64,000 bases of DNA, taken from the NCBI RefSeq assembly GCF_009914755.1, contig NC_060944.1; one strand, written 5' to 3'. Both the position numbers and the translations under genes were made by a program. Below are positions 30,571 to 45,454 of this stretch, one piece after another (the stretch's first letter is position 1; every line of letters begins with the position of its first letter). The notes under the pieces were generated by a model. The model searched no databases, was not told the origin of the DNA, and saw only the letters and a program-made list of their open reading frames with translations. The DNA is from the human T2T-CHM13v2.0 reference genome, Homo sapiens.

Positions 30571-30765
30571 TCAGCAAAATTCAGCCCATGGGCTAAATTC
30601 AACCTATTTTTGTAAATAAAGTTTAGTTGGAACATATCCATGCCCATTTGTTTACGTATGACACAATTTCAGCAGAGTGGAGTAGTTACAACAGAGACCA
30701 TTTGGTCCACAAATGCTAACATATTTACTAACTGGCCCTTAACTGAAAAAGTTTGCCAACCCCTG
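30571..30765 (+). mobile_element. MER58A-like transposon inside a MIR
   Basis: TTTGTAAATAAAGTTT...TTGGAACA...AAAAGTTTGCCAACCCCTG. Flanks (~30420-30860) are MIR-like. Confidence 0.75.
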
Positions 30766-31789
30766 TTCTTGCCCAGTAATACTTAGCAAGAAAGTAGCAG
30801 AGTCAAAGATTCAAACCCAGATCTATTTAACTCAAAAGGCCATAATTCTTCAATGCTGTGTCATGCAACAGAAGTATGTGAGTTTTGTCTACATGACTTC
30901 TTGACACCTAGGGTGAGATGGCCAGGCTAGATTTATGGTAAGAGGAACAGATCTGACATATATTACTTAGTAAGTAGCCAATTACTGTGGAAGACTCTCT
31001 TCATTTGTAAGAAAAGCCAGTGAGGATGCTTTTTTTTTTTTTCCTGGTGAAGTAATTATAGAGACGAGTGTTGATGCATGTTTTGACTTTGCTGCAAAAG
31101 TAGTTCTGTCTTCTCCAGTTTAAGTAATTACATTAGTTTCTAAATAGAGCAGATGGAACTATAGTTGTCAAAGAATGCAAAGATCAGTCAACTGCATTTA
31201 TGGTGTGACATTCTAAGCAGAGATACCGCAAAGTATCTTGTGCAAAACCAACTAGGTGAGTGCTATTGAGCACCTGTGAGCCAGAAGAAAACAGGAGAAA
31301 AATGTGGCTAAATGGAAATGGAAATTTCTACACAATGGGATCTGGTGGCAAACACATTTTCCTACCATAATGCCCCAACAATTGCTTGTTTTCTAATGTT
31401 GCCTGGTTGGGGGAAGATATATTCTGAGTGTTCCTCCAAACTTGTAGAACTCAATTTTTCTGGGGGAGAGGGTTGTCCTAAGATGGTCTGCTTGGTACTC
31501 AGAGTGCAAAGATGTCTCCTGCAAGAAGCAAGCAGCTTATGAAGGAAGCAATGACTTAAAGCAGACACGTTACCTCTAAAGAACAGGGAGAAGATCAAAT
31601 CCAGAACCAGGCAGTAGTAATAAGGGAACTGACCTGGCAATAGGCCAAGGATCCAAACGACATGGGAACCAGGCATGATTCAAAACAGCCACTGCTGAAC
31701 ACCTACACCAATGGGGGGAAAAATGATACTCTTAGCGTTAGAGTCCACAACTGCTACAGAGTCTCAGCTGTGATTTCTACTGCCGGGTG

Positions 31790-32259
31790 TCCCCATAGAA
31801 GTCTGCATCCCAACCCCTGAGACCTGTGAATATGTTACCTTACTTAGCAAAAGGGACTTTGCAGATATAATTAAGCTAAAGATCTTGAGATGGGGAGATT
31901 ATTCTTCATTTTTTGGGTGGGCTCAGTGTAATCACAAGTGTCCTTGTAAATGAAAGTGGGAGGTAAGAGGGTCAGAGTCAGAGAGAGATGTCAAGATGCT
32001 ACACTGCTACCTTTGAAGATAGAGGAAGGGGCCATGAGCCAAGCAGTGCAGACAGCTTCTAGGAGCTAGAAAAAGTCAGCCGACAGATTCTGTCCCAGAA
32101 CCTCTAGAACCAACACATCCAGGCAACACCTTGATTTTAGCCCAGTGAAACCCATTTCAGACATCTGACTCCCAGAAGGCCAGAAGATAATAAATTTGTG
32201 TGGTTTCAAGCCACTATGTCTATGGTAATTTGTTATAGCAGCAATGATAAACTAATACA
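31790..32259 (+). mobile_element. MLT1D-like MaLR LTR
   Basis: CCTGTGAATATGTTACCTTA...GACTTTGCAGAT and the 3' end GTAATTTGTTATAGCAGCAA...CTAATACA. Confidence 0.8.
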
Positions 32260-34004
32260 ACAGCCCTGACTTGGGGGGAGGGTAAAGGAAAGAGCCACAC
32301 ACCACCACCCTCTCACCATGGGAGGAATAGTTGAAATGAACACATGACTTCAGGTCCCCAACAAAGAGCTGAATGGGTTTCAGGCTAGCTTGCTAATTCA
32401 TTCACCAATTCTCAGCTCTGGTGTTGCTTGATTCAGAAGGTAAAGACAATTTTTAAATTTCCTTAATTTCAAAACTTAATTCATCCAATGCATTTAATTT
32501 AAAATCATACATTATTTATCCACAAATCCTGATACACAGGGAAAGAAACAGAAATATTTGCTGGACAGGTGGCATGGAAACAAAGGGTTATTAGCGATTG
32601 CCATGCAGGCCTAAGTGAATTCACAATGACCATCATGACATCATGTCTGTTGTTACTATCAAGAGCGTTGCTCTTGGATAAGTATCAATAACCTCAGAAC
32701 TATGGAAAGAACCATGTGTGGAGTTTGGCACCACAGATATTCTCTGAGTGATTGAAGTCTCTTCTACCATGGTGAGTGGTACCATGGAAGTAATCTTGTC
32801 CCCAGGCCTCCTAAGCTTACTTATGATGAAGTGATGAGACTCTTACCCAAGAAACCATTACAGAAAAAAAAATCCTCGCCTAATAAAATTGTGCCAGTGA
32901 ACAAACTCTCAGATATATGGCCATATTGACAAGATCTGCAATGGTATCAAAAGAGGTCAAGCTAATAACCTGAGGAAACAGGAAGAAAACTCCAATTGTC
33001 TTATACAGAAGGTCTACAATCAATAGGATGAAGTCTAACACTGGCGAGAGTGGGGTGAGATGGATGAACTTCTCTACCACCTGGTGATGAAATACATTGG
33101 GATTCTATGAAAAAGCATTTTTTTCTAAACTCAATTTCCATATTAATTTTAGAGCTATATGTAATTAGTTAAAAATGTTCCTGAAGACTTAAATCAAGAT
33201 AATCTTTTAGAAGTAACAAAATGATCTACACATGAAAATACTCAATTCAGCTTCACATATTGCCACATGTTATGTTCCCTGAGAAGCAGACTCTGAGAGT
33301 TTAGCATGTAGATGTTTTAAGTGGTTTCCGTGGGGTCAACAGCTATGCAGAATAGGGGAAGTTAGCAGGAATGGGGCAGAAATAGAAGTCAAGCTGTGAG
33401 GTAGGCCCAATAACATCTTCAGCTAACCTGCTGGGGAGCTCTAAGGCTGGAATGTGAGTTGTCCTGTTTTGGGGATGAAATGGTAAAACATTTAAACTCT
33501 TGATTCTCTGAGTCAGTGAACATTGGCTGCCCCAGGAAGGAGCCCAATCTTGGGCAAGGCAACTCTCTAAAGCTGAGGGGATTCTTGAAGAAGCTTGTGT
33601 AAATGAATGAATGAATGAATGAATGCAAGCTTGTGCAAGGTTAACCCAGTGGACTTGGGGTACTCAAACTCTGCACATTTTAAAGAGAAGACTGGCCCCT
33701 TGACCATCCTGGGAGATAACCTATAAGCCTTTGGAATACCTAGCCTGATACAAATGTCTTTGTGTATCTGGGGTCTTGGGATATGCCAGATAGTTTATGC
33801 AAACAATGTGATTTATGGTGAATGCCTGTTTTTGTTCACCTGGGGCCCTGGTCATGCTGTATTGGTTGGACGCCGGAGACTGAGCAGTCATGGAGGTACC
33901 CCAGGCCTATGTGACTAGCCCCCAGTAGAAACCCTAGAGACCAAAGCTCAGGTGAGCTTCCTTGTTGGCAATCCTTCCTATGCATTGTCACACACTGTTG
34001 CTGA

Positions 34005-34362
<358 letters not shown>

Positions 34363-34409
34363 ACTATCCTATGCTTCTTTTAAAACCAGCCGTTCACTGT
34401 TAATCTGTA

Positions 34410-34568
34410 TTCTTTTACTATATTATCTATATTTACTATGTTTACTAATTTTTACTGTATTACTAATTTTATATATTATACTAAATTTATGTAATATTAC
34501 TAATTTTACTATATTTTACTATATTTATTAATATTTACTATATTAATATATATCTTTTACTATATTAA
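34410..34568. repeat. AT-rich degenerate tandem repeat (TTTACTATAT-like)
   Basis: Repeated TTTACTA motifs. Confidence 0.75.
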
Positions 34569-35353
34569 ACTGGAACATGAGTATAGCAGCTTTCCTGAGT
34601 TCTGTGAGTCCTTTTATAAATCATCAAGCCTAAGGATGGTCTCAGGGACCCCTGACATAGGGCTAGCACTTAAGAGCAGCCTGCTAGCTGTAGTCTCAGC
34701 AGCTAGGGTAACAAATCCTTTCTTGAAGGGATAGCCAGGTGGCACATCACAGTATGTACCTATAAAAGCTAGAAACAAGTGAAATATTCATAAATAGGAC
34801 ATCTATTTGGCAAAGTAGAAGTTAGGAAGTACCCAGCCAAGCTCTGCCTCATGGAATAAGAGTGCTTTTTGAGAATGATTCCAATATCTATCTTCATTTG
34901 CTATACATATGGAGAAAACAGTCCTCTCAGTTTGGGGAGAAACTCTGAATTATTCTTAAAGAATCTCTGGTTATCCCCTCTAGCTTACACTGAACATTCT
35001 AGGTCCTTGAGAAGATCCTCATTTCAAAGGCAATAGAAACCATCTGAAATTGATTCATTGGAAAATGTATATGCTATTAACACCAGAGAGCAGAAGTAGA
35101 CTGGCTAAAATATAGCAACTTGAAATATATTTTATGTACTGGAATTTGATCAAATAGATGGATAACTTCTGGAATGATGACAGCAAACAATCTTTGGAAA
35201 AACACATGACTGTGCTTGGAGAACGGTATCATAGTTTTTAAGAAATGTACACTGCATAGCTAGATAGCATAGCAGTGTCCATTTAAACCCCAATCTAACA
35301 CTTCGTTGTAAGTTGACAGTAGGAGAAAATGGTTATTAGAATATGGTTTGACA

Positions 35354-35992
<639 letters not shown>

Positions 35993-36099
35993 TGGTTTGA
36001 TGGGTTACTTGATAACTGCCAATTCAGTCTTGAGATGAGGAACAAAACTGAAATATGAAACATGACTGGTCTGGTAGACCACAGGACTGCTTCTGGTCC

Positions 36100-36400
36100 A
36101 CCGACTGTGAACGTTAATGATGTGTGTTCATTGCTGGGTTGAGGTAAGTATGAGTTGGTGCACTACCCCCTATTTCTCTCTTTCTTTGTCACAGAGGCCT
36201 TGAAAGCTCCATGATAGAGATGACAGAGCTATAAGATGAAAGCAGCCCAAATCCCTGAGTCACCAATGTTTGAAGAAGAGCTTCCCAGGAGAGGTACCAG
36301 ACCCACATGAGACTTCACATGATTATAAAATGAACTTCTATTGTGTTGAATCTCTGAACTTCAGGGTTGTTTTGCAGCACAGACTACATTATAGTGACAA
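36100..36400 (+). mobile_element. Old MLT1 (J/K-like) LTR fragment
   Basis: GATGAAAGCAGCCC...TCCCTGAGTCACC and AAACTTCTATTGTGTT-like 3' motifs. Confidence 0.5.
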
Positions 36401-38341
36401 GTAGAGGAAGGTACAGGCATGCTAATTTCATTTTAAAATTAATCAAGGATTGTCAATGGAAAATAAAGATTTCAGATTCCTTGCACCTTAAAAAAGACGA
36501 AAAATATGTCTTTTTTCTTCCCCAACCCCTGCTTATGTGAAGCATTATAGTCTAATAGCTGGCATTTTAGAGAGATGAAAAAGATGAGTTTGCTTCAAAA
36601 TGTATATATGACCAGACTGTAAATTCACATGCAACGCAGTCTGCTTTGGGAGTTAAACATATTATTTAAACAAATCATTATAACTTGACTTATTATACCT
36701 CAATTTGATTATAAAACAAACATTAAAGTGAAATCTAAGGTAAGTCTTTTTTATTTCCAGTTCCAAAGCCATTTCCATTTCTTACTTATCTTTGAATCCT
36801 CAGCCCCAAGCACAGTGCCTGAAACACAGCAGGTATCCACAATCTTTGGATGACTGAATGAAAAGGAAAGTTTAAAGTCAATTACCTTTAATCTTGCTTG
36901 TGGTTTCTCAGAGCTAATTTGAACACTAGATGGAGAAATACTGAAAAAAAATATTTTTCAGAAAGGCAAGCATCCTCTTGGTCTGAGAGGTTTCATAACA
37001 AGTTAATTTTATTTTAAATCAGTATGAATGGATGGATGATAAACTTTGGAAAGTCACACTTAGAACTACATTGAAAACAAATGAATGTGTCCCCAGATGA
37101 AAAATAATAACTATGTAAATAAAATTTGAAATAACCACTTGATAGCAAAGAGAACTCCAGTATCAAGAAATATTTTAAATTCCATGCAATGGTTAATTAT
37201 ATTCCTGAAATCTATGCACAAAAGGGCAAAATTGAAGAAAAAAAAGAATATAGGTTAAGATGAAATTCGTGAACAAGAACCTGAAAAATATAATAGGCAA
37301 CAATGTGCTGCATTTCCACATTTAAGAGGCTTTAACATCCATATTTTTCTCCCATGTGCAATTACATGAACTTATAATCCTTGAAAAATTGTTATTATTT
37401 TTGTTGCTAAAACTGCTTGTAATAGGAGTCACAGATATGTGTAGTAATATGCTCAGATGATTACATTTGAACAAATACCATGGTAATAATTCTCATATTT
37501 GGAAATGCTAGAATCTGAATTACACATACAGTTTGTGGCATCTCTTTTTTGAAGCCTTAGATTTTATTTTATTTTTTGTTTTAAGACCAAGTAAAAATCC
37601 AACTTTCAGCTAATGGAATTCTAGGTCTAGTTGGTAGAACGAGATCCAGATGGAGTTCAAAACACCTGCTGAATAGTATCTGTAAACTGCCAGCTTGATA
37701 TCGTCACCAAGAATTCTGCAAGCTGAGTGTCCACATTGGAATCTTAAGGACTTGCATACAGTGTAGTTATATATAACTCATAAGAACTAATTATTAACTA
37801 CTAGACTGTGAGGACTCTTTCTTTGGCTTTTAAGGAAAGTCACCGAGTTAATGCTGAATATATTTCTAAAAAATTGTACTTATGAAATTAATAGAGTTGA
37901 CCGACAATTTGAATAATATTAGGCTACAGTAACCTCGAACTTGATTACTCTTATACATGGTAAAACAATCCAGAAATCCTGGGGAAGGGTTGTTTATTAT
38001 GGCTGCATGGAGGTTGCCCAAGCCCTGGCATTCTTTTACAGTTTCAAGGGAGGGCAAAAGTCTGAAGTGGGTAGGGACTGAGCCATACTTAATAATTTAA
38101 ACTTAGTATCATGGAACAATTCACACCCGTTACATACAAGTTAAATAACCTTCATGCTGTGTTGCAAACTGCTCTTCCTGCTATACTTCAAACAGATAGA
38201 ATCATTTTACAAAATAAAATTACCAAAATGAGGATATACTTCATAAAACTGTTCAAGGGAGAAGCAAACCTTTGGTGAAGAGTGTGATATAATCACCAAT
38301 GGCTTTAAGAATGCCATTGGGAGGATCTTAAAATGGAGATG

Positions 38342-38656
<315 letters not shown>

Positions 38657-38879
38657 TAAAATGGAGATGAAGGATGGAAGTGATGGTGAGATGTGCAAGT
38701 TCCAGCATGTGTGGATCTGATGGCTTTTGAAAGTATCAACTGTAGGGATTCTATCATATTCTTACAGGAACCTAACAGTGTTGATATATATGATGAAATA
38801 TAGCACTCAAACCTTCATGGAAGATGGTGCCTCTGACTCTGGAGGGATACAATGAGGAGAGAGAGCACACAGCCATAGT

Positions 38880-39070
38880 CGAGGTCTCCAAGTCTATCAT
38901 GCATCAGCATCACCAAGAGGGTTTCCTAAGATTTAGATTGCTGGATGCCACCCCCAGAGTTTCTGATTCCATAGGTTTAAGTGAGGACCTAATAATTTGC
39001 ATTTTCAACAAGTTATCAGGTTATTCTGACACTGCTGGTCAGGGAACTATGCTTTGAGAATTACTGGTCT
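38880..39070. mobile_element. MER5A
   Basis: CCCCCAGAGTTTCTGATTC...TTTGCATTTTCAACAAG...CTTTGAGAA. Confidence 0.75.
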
Positions 39071-39074
39071 ACGT

Positions 39075-39650
39075 GTTTCACTTAGAAGCCAGAATGGTTC
39101 ACCACTGTCTCCTTCTCACTGGGCTAAAAATCCAAAGTCCTAACCATTGCCAGCAAGGATCTATGTGATCTGGGCCTTAACAATCTTTCTGACATCATCT
39201 CCTGCCAGTCTCCTTGTTGCTAGCACCACTCAAGGCTCATTGTCCTCCTTGCTGATCCTTACATATGCCAAGCTTGTTCCCCCCTCACATCCTTTGCAAT
39301 TGCTGCTTGCTCCCTCAACCCAGAATGGGGTTCCTGCAGATCTTCAAAGGGCTTGCTATCTCACTTCATTCAGTTCTTTGTGCAGAGAAGCTTTCCATAA
39401 CCATCCTACTTAAAATCGCTCTTCTCCACAGTTCCCCTTTCATTACTGTCTGTCCCTTCCCTGAAAATTTTTCATATCATTTTCACCTGAAGAATAATAT
39501 TTATTTACCGATTGTCAGCTCCTCTAAGAACAGGGACTTGGTTTGATTCACTGCTGAGTTCCCAGTGCATAAGAAAGTATCTGACACACAGTAGGCATTC
39601 AATACAAATTTGTTAAAGAAAAGGATGAATAATTGATTGAATAAATAATT
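39075..39650 (+). mobile_element. L2a 3' fragment
   Basis: AAAATCCAAAGTCCT...GTTTGATTCACTGCTG...CACAGTAGGCATTCAATA...TGAAT tail. Confidence 0.8.
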
Positions 39651-39809
39651 TTAAGAAAGAGCAACTGCAAATATATTAGCCAGCCTCCAAACTGACAAAG
39701 CTAAGAGGGTAAAGGTCTGAGATTTAAAAATCAAACTTGCATCTATGAAAACACTCTATAAATAAGAATGTACACTATATGAGAGAATTTCTGTTATACA
39801 TAAAGAAGG

Positions 39810-39973
39810 GTGAATTGTATCTACTCACAGGAGCCAATTGTGCACATCTCTTCCCAACCCAATATTCAATAACTTTACACTGATAGGGAGAAATCAGTCA
39901 CAGTAGGAATATTTACACCCAGGAAATTGGCAAACATTACAATTCAAGGCTTATTTTTATCAGCACACTACTG
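39810..39973 (+). mobile_element. MER63-like hAT-Blackjack element
   Basis: GAGCCAATTGTGCACATCTCTTCCCAAC...TATTTACACC...GAAATTGGCAAAC...CAGCACACTACTG. Confidence 0.6.
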
Positions 39974-40518
39974 ATTCTATCCATAGATAAACACATTCCA
40001 TTACTCAGTTTGATAGCCTCACCCATGTACCTGTCACCCAGACCAGAGGTGAGACAGGTTTGTTGCCAATTAAAGGAGGGAAAATGGGACATCTCAGTAT
40101 AACAGATTGGGATAGACTGGGAAGCTTATCTAAATCTTACTTCAGGATGTCCATTTAGCGGGGCTGAACATCTACTTTGCCCTGCCTGAGCGGTCGAAAC
40201 ATAAAACAGGTGGACATGGGGATGTGTGCTTTTGAAGATACTCACCCTTCGCTCCTGCTCTACATGTATTATGGGGAAACTGATCCTAATCTTGAGTCTA
40301 TGGATAGAATATATGACTCATATTATTCAAGTCTAAAGTTGGGCCCAACAATGGATTTTCAGTTACACAAGTCCATAAAATCTCCCTCTGTCTTACTTAT
40401 GACTAAATGAATCCTGACTATGCTGTGCTTTTTTAAAAGCAGGATATAAAATAGTACAAACCCAAGTTTGAGCACAAGTAAATCAAATACATACTCAAGC
40501 CACAAGTGACAGAATGGA

Positions 40519-42150
40519 ATAAGCACCGAACCAGTAAAATTTCTTTATTTTTTTGTTGGTAGTTGTACAAATCTATTCTTTGTCTAAACATTTTTGCTTA
40601 AATTTTAGTCACATTGTTTCTGCAATTAAAAAATCCATAATATATAGGTTGAATTTCAATTTTCTTCTCTGTTTATAAACTGTTTTCCCACACATTAGAA
40701 AGATGTCTAAGATAAACCCATGAATTAATGGAGAATTAAAATGGCAGAGCCAATTTAAATACCACATATTTAAACAAACACTAGAAAAAAAATCTCTTGC
40801 AACAGAGATTGCTATAGCACATTAATTATAAGGTTTCAGATAGATTTTTGTAACTCAAACATAAATTTTAAAGAACCTTCCCATTTGTTTCTTTAAGTTA
40901 TTAATGTCTCCAATAGAAGGACAAGTTGACCTTTAAATCTGAACCAGCTCAGAAAAAGGCCCAAATGCACACTTGACCTCTTCTACAAGGAGCCTATTTT
41001 AGTCACAATACAATTTTACCCACTCACAGGTGCTCTGTAGCAGCCTGACAGTGGCATTTACATTTTTTTTTAAATAAGCTAAGAAATAATAGAACAAGGA
41101 ACACTGGTAGTCACTTGCTTTAATTGTAACTTTGGGCCTCTGTTCTGTCTTATCACCCATTTTAGCTGACGAATGCACTTCCTCATTCCCTGTTTTCCTC
41201 GTGGTAAAGTAAGAAACTTGAATTTGAAACCAGAGCCCTGAGTCTCCTATGCCCTGGCCATCCACTGCCTTTGCATGCAGCCTCTGTTCTGGCCCTGAAT
41301 CCGCTCTCTCCGCAATTCCCAGAGCATTCCTTGGGTCTCAACTCTAAGGAAGCATATTCCTTTCACGAATCATTTTGTAGGGGACACAGGAGGGTACATT
41401 CCCCTAGCACAGCCTACAGCATTTCACTAAAAAGCACCCAGAGAACTTTCCCTAAAGTCTCCTCCTTAGCCCACAGTCTTCTGGGCTTTCCAAGCTTTCC
41501 CACTTTTTCTCTTCTTGATGTCCCTGTCTGTTATATTGCTCCTAAATTTCAGGACACTAGGAGACACAAACCAATCAAAAGATTTCACATGCTCTTTTAG
41601 GTATTATAATTCAGTGTTTACAAATTATCTAGACATTAATTAGATCCCTCTCTTCTACCTTCCTGGTAATCTTACTCCATTCTTTCCAGGCACCTGTCTT
41701 TTTACTCTGGCCATGGTCCGTCAGCATTTCAAATTGTCTACGCCGCTTCTGCTTTACAAAATAACCAGAAAATCCCTCTCCCCCCAACCCGAATGAAGCT
41801 GGGAATTTTAACCTGCCATCTGTCAGCAGCTATGGACCTATATGATATCTCCTTTTGACAGCCAAACATCATAAAAGTGTTGTCTACACAGATGGAGTTC
41901 ATTCTTTACCTGCTACAATCTGGTTTCTGCCCATACCACACCTCTGTACCTGCCCTCACCAAGTCTAACAAGTTCTTAATCAAATGGGCATGTTGCACCT
42001 TGTGTTACTTGAACCAACGTGAAGTGTAAATCCCACACATTAGAATATTAGAGATTTCATAAGCACCAGTAAAATTTATTTTTTTATTGGTAGTTATATG
42101 AATCTATTCTTTGTCTATACATTTTTGCTTACATTTTAGTCACATTGTTT
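40519..42150 (+). repeat. Dispersed ~90-100 bp direct duplication (40519-40619 and 42059-42150)
   Basis: Shared CCAGTAAAATTT...TTGGTAGTT...AATCTATTCTTTGTCTA...CATTTTTGCTTA...ATTTTAGTCACATTGTTT with scattered mismatches. Confidence 0.9.
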
Positions 42151-42243
42151 GGTATAAAGAGTGTAACACTAGTTACCATTCACTGGGAACTTCATTCACT
42201 GGGCACCAATCTTTAAGTATAGAGACTTCTTTAAAAAAAAAAA

Positions 42244-42507
42244 ATTTTTTTGAGACAGTGTCTTGCTTTGTCGCCCAGGCTGGATGGAAGTGGCATGATC
42301 TTGGCTCACTGCAACCTTTGGATTCAAGTGATTCTCGTGCCTCAGGTTCCCGAGTAGCTGGGATTAGAGGTGTGCATTACCATGCCCAGCTAATTTTTTT
42401 ATTTTTAGCAGAGATAGGTTTTCACCATGTTGGCCAGGCTGGTCTCGAACTCCTGACCACCGCCTCAGCCTCCCAAAGTGCTAGGATTACCTGCCATGCC
42501 ACCCAGC
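42244..42507 (-). mobile_element. AluS with internal deletions
   Basis: Alu consensus segments with several short gaps. Confidence 0.9.
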
Positions 42508-42779
42508 GAGAATCTTCTCTAATCAACACAAGTATTGAAAATAAGCATTGGGAAAAAAATGTCTAGAGATGTTTGAAATTAGTGGAAGACTTAAATCTAC
42601 ATTGAGGATCACCATTCAGCTTGCCTGGGCTGCCTCTGTGTCAGTCAGATTTTGCTTTCTAGCTGGAAACCACCCTTACTCCATCTGGGAATTTGAAATG
42701 TGGATTGTTCCTCGGGCCCCACCATTAATGACAACACAAACACATATTTTTACATGATTTTAATCATTGTGTATGTTCA

Positions 42780-43130
42780 ATGGTGTCTCCTGGCTTATTT
42801 ATTTAGCATTATATCATAAGCATGTTTAAGGTTGCCCAATAGCATCTATAATTACCATTTTAATTGCTGCATAATATTCCACTAAGTGGATGGTCATGAT
42901 TTACTAAGCCATTACCATAGTGTTGGGAATTTAGGTTGCTTCCAATTTTTGCTACCATAAATTGCCCTGCATATAGCATTTTCCTAGGTTTGAATTAATT
43001 CTTTAGGATAATTTCTCCAGCATTGATTGCTGGTTTAAAGAGCATGAGCCATTTTTAAGACCTTTCATACACATTTCCTATTCCTTCCAAAAGGACTGTG
43101 CTAATCTGTCACTAGCGATGTGTGAGAGGC
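42780..43130 (-). mobile_element. L1ME/L1MC fragment
   Basis: GCTGCATAATATTCC...TTTAGGTTGCTTCCAATTTTTGCT. Confidence 0.6.
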
Positions 43131-44649
43131 CTTCCTAAGGGTAATTGCATGAACTGATAAAGTGTGCACTGAGAACAGCCTGGAACCCTGGATGAATAAG
43201 CAGCAGTGAGAGCTGAGAGTATAGGATATATTGAAGAATTATAGGTCTGCAAGAATTGTCTTTGATGGGGGCTTTATACATTCTCTCTGTCTCCTCGCTC
43301 CCTCGCCTGAAAATCATTTACAGAGTCATTAATGAGGGTCTCTATCATAGGTCAGGCATCAGCTTTTCTGTAAACCAAAGCCTACAGACTTTGGAAAAGT
43401 CCCTCTAAGTCTGTGATCCACACAAACACTGTGAGTATGCTTTGCCATCACTGGGAGCCAGATTAAGGCTGAATGTAATTCTTTCCAGTGGACCCAGAGA
43501 ACTTGCAAATGGCTTGGATGAGCCATTTATGACTGATATTCCCTGGAAAAGAACCTAAGCAGTTGGAATAAGCAGCCACAGAGACCAAGAGTGGTAAAGA
43601 GAGGCAAGGCAAAGGCTAGAGAGGCATGATATGATACCTCCATGCCCAGGCAAGACCTGGTGTCGACAGAGGGAGCAATGCTTGGAGCCTGAAGTCCCAG
43701 TTTCCAGTCCCAGCTCTATCTTGACTATGCAGCCTCATACTGACTTCTAAGCGTCTTAGAGTGCCCTCTTCCAAGAGGACCCAGATACCTGTCTCACAGG
43801 CTAACATGGAGCTGAGATGGGAGAGCATAGAGCTTGCTTTGAAAGATGCAGGGAACTACAAGGTTATTAAATCCAACTCAGCAACCAGACTGTTTACACC
43901 AGCAGTGTGCCTGTCCAGATAATATTGAATATGTCTGGGAATTCAGCCTGGGGAGACAAGTGAGTGCCAAATGGTCTGTTTCTGCAAGGCTGCCACTAAG
44001 AAGAGGATTCACACACTCCTGGAAACCCTTCAGAGCAGTTCAGGTTATTGGGCCAAAGCTAGAGGGCCTTGGGTGTGGGCTCAGAATTAGATTTTCTGCA
44101 TATTAATGATCATTCTTTCACATCACACTATATGAATGACTTCCAACTATTTCCAAGTTATTTTCCAACTGACTGAGAAAGCTCTGATCCTTACTAGTTG
44201 TGGGACGTTGACAGAGTTATGGACCTCCCTGAGTCTCAGTGACTTATTTGTTAAATGGAGATAAAAATGCCTACATTTGGAGTAAGATAGGGAATAGTAA
44301 TAATCTTGATGGTGACAACAATGATAATAATGTGAATAATAATGTGAATCTGTAGAGTTAATACAATGTGCTCACTCTGAGCTAAACTAAGGACTGTATG
44401 TACATTATCCCACCTAATCCTCATAACAGCCTCCGGAGGTAGGAACATTAAATACCTGAGATCAATGAGGTACCCAGTGAGTGGTAACTAGTATTACACT
44501 CTTTAATACCAATAATTCCCAAGGAAGAATAACCTAATTAGTTAGTGGGAGAGCAGGATTGTTGAAATGAGTATTGCCTCAAGGATTAACCCCACTTTGG
44601 GAGGTTAATGTAAAAAACCAAAGTGATATTGATTGTGTTAATGAATACA

Positions 44650-45007
44650 TTTAGTGCTCTCCTTGGATCTGTATTTGACTTGTAATTGGGTAGTTTCCTC
44701 CCACTTTGACTCTGGGCTTGGCCACATGACTTGTTTTGGCCAATGGGACAACAGCAAACTGTGGGCAAGTGGATGCTTGAAAAAGTGCTTGTGCATTTCT
44801 GCTTCTTCTCTTGGATCCCTACTTCTTCCACGAGAAGACACCCCAAGGCCAGGCTAGCTTATTGAATGTCAGACCAGGTGGACCAAAGTGGAGTCACCCA
44901 GCTGAAGCCACCTGAGACCATCTAGTTCCAGCTGACCTGCTAGTTAATCCAAGATGCACATTGAGTATTGTTACGCAGCATTATTATGGCAATAGCTGAC
45001 TGATGCA
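44650..45007 (+). mobile_element. Old MLT1 (G/H-like) LTR
   Basis: CTGGGCTTGGCCACATGACTTGTTTTGGCCAATG and the end GCAATAGCTGACTGATGCA. Confidence 0.65.
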
Positions 45008-45129
45008 ACCAGTTCCATTACTTCACACATACTATTTTCTTCATACATGCTGATAACACCTGGTGAATAAGCATTTTGCCAAAATTCTACATGGATTGTA
45101 TCATTTATTCCTTATACAAAAACCCATGA

Positions 45130-45454
<325 letters not shown>

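Noticed and set aside
36136-36746. Isolated perfect donors GAG|GTAAGT and AAG|GTAAGT
   Set aside because: No convincing paired acceptor or ORF. Such motifs occur by chance in 64 kb.
37690-37730. Minus-strand LGDDIKL resembling the RT motif FADDTKL
   Set aside because: Single short motif with no flanking CR1/L3 similarity that I can see.
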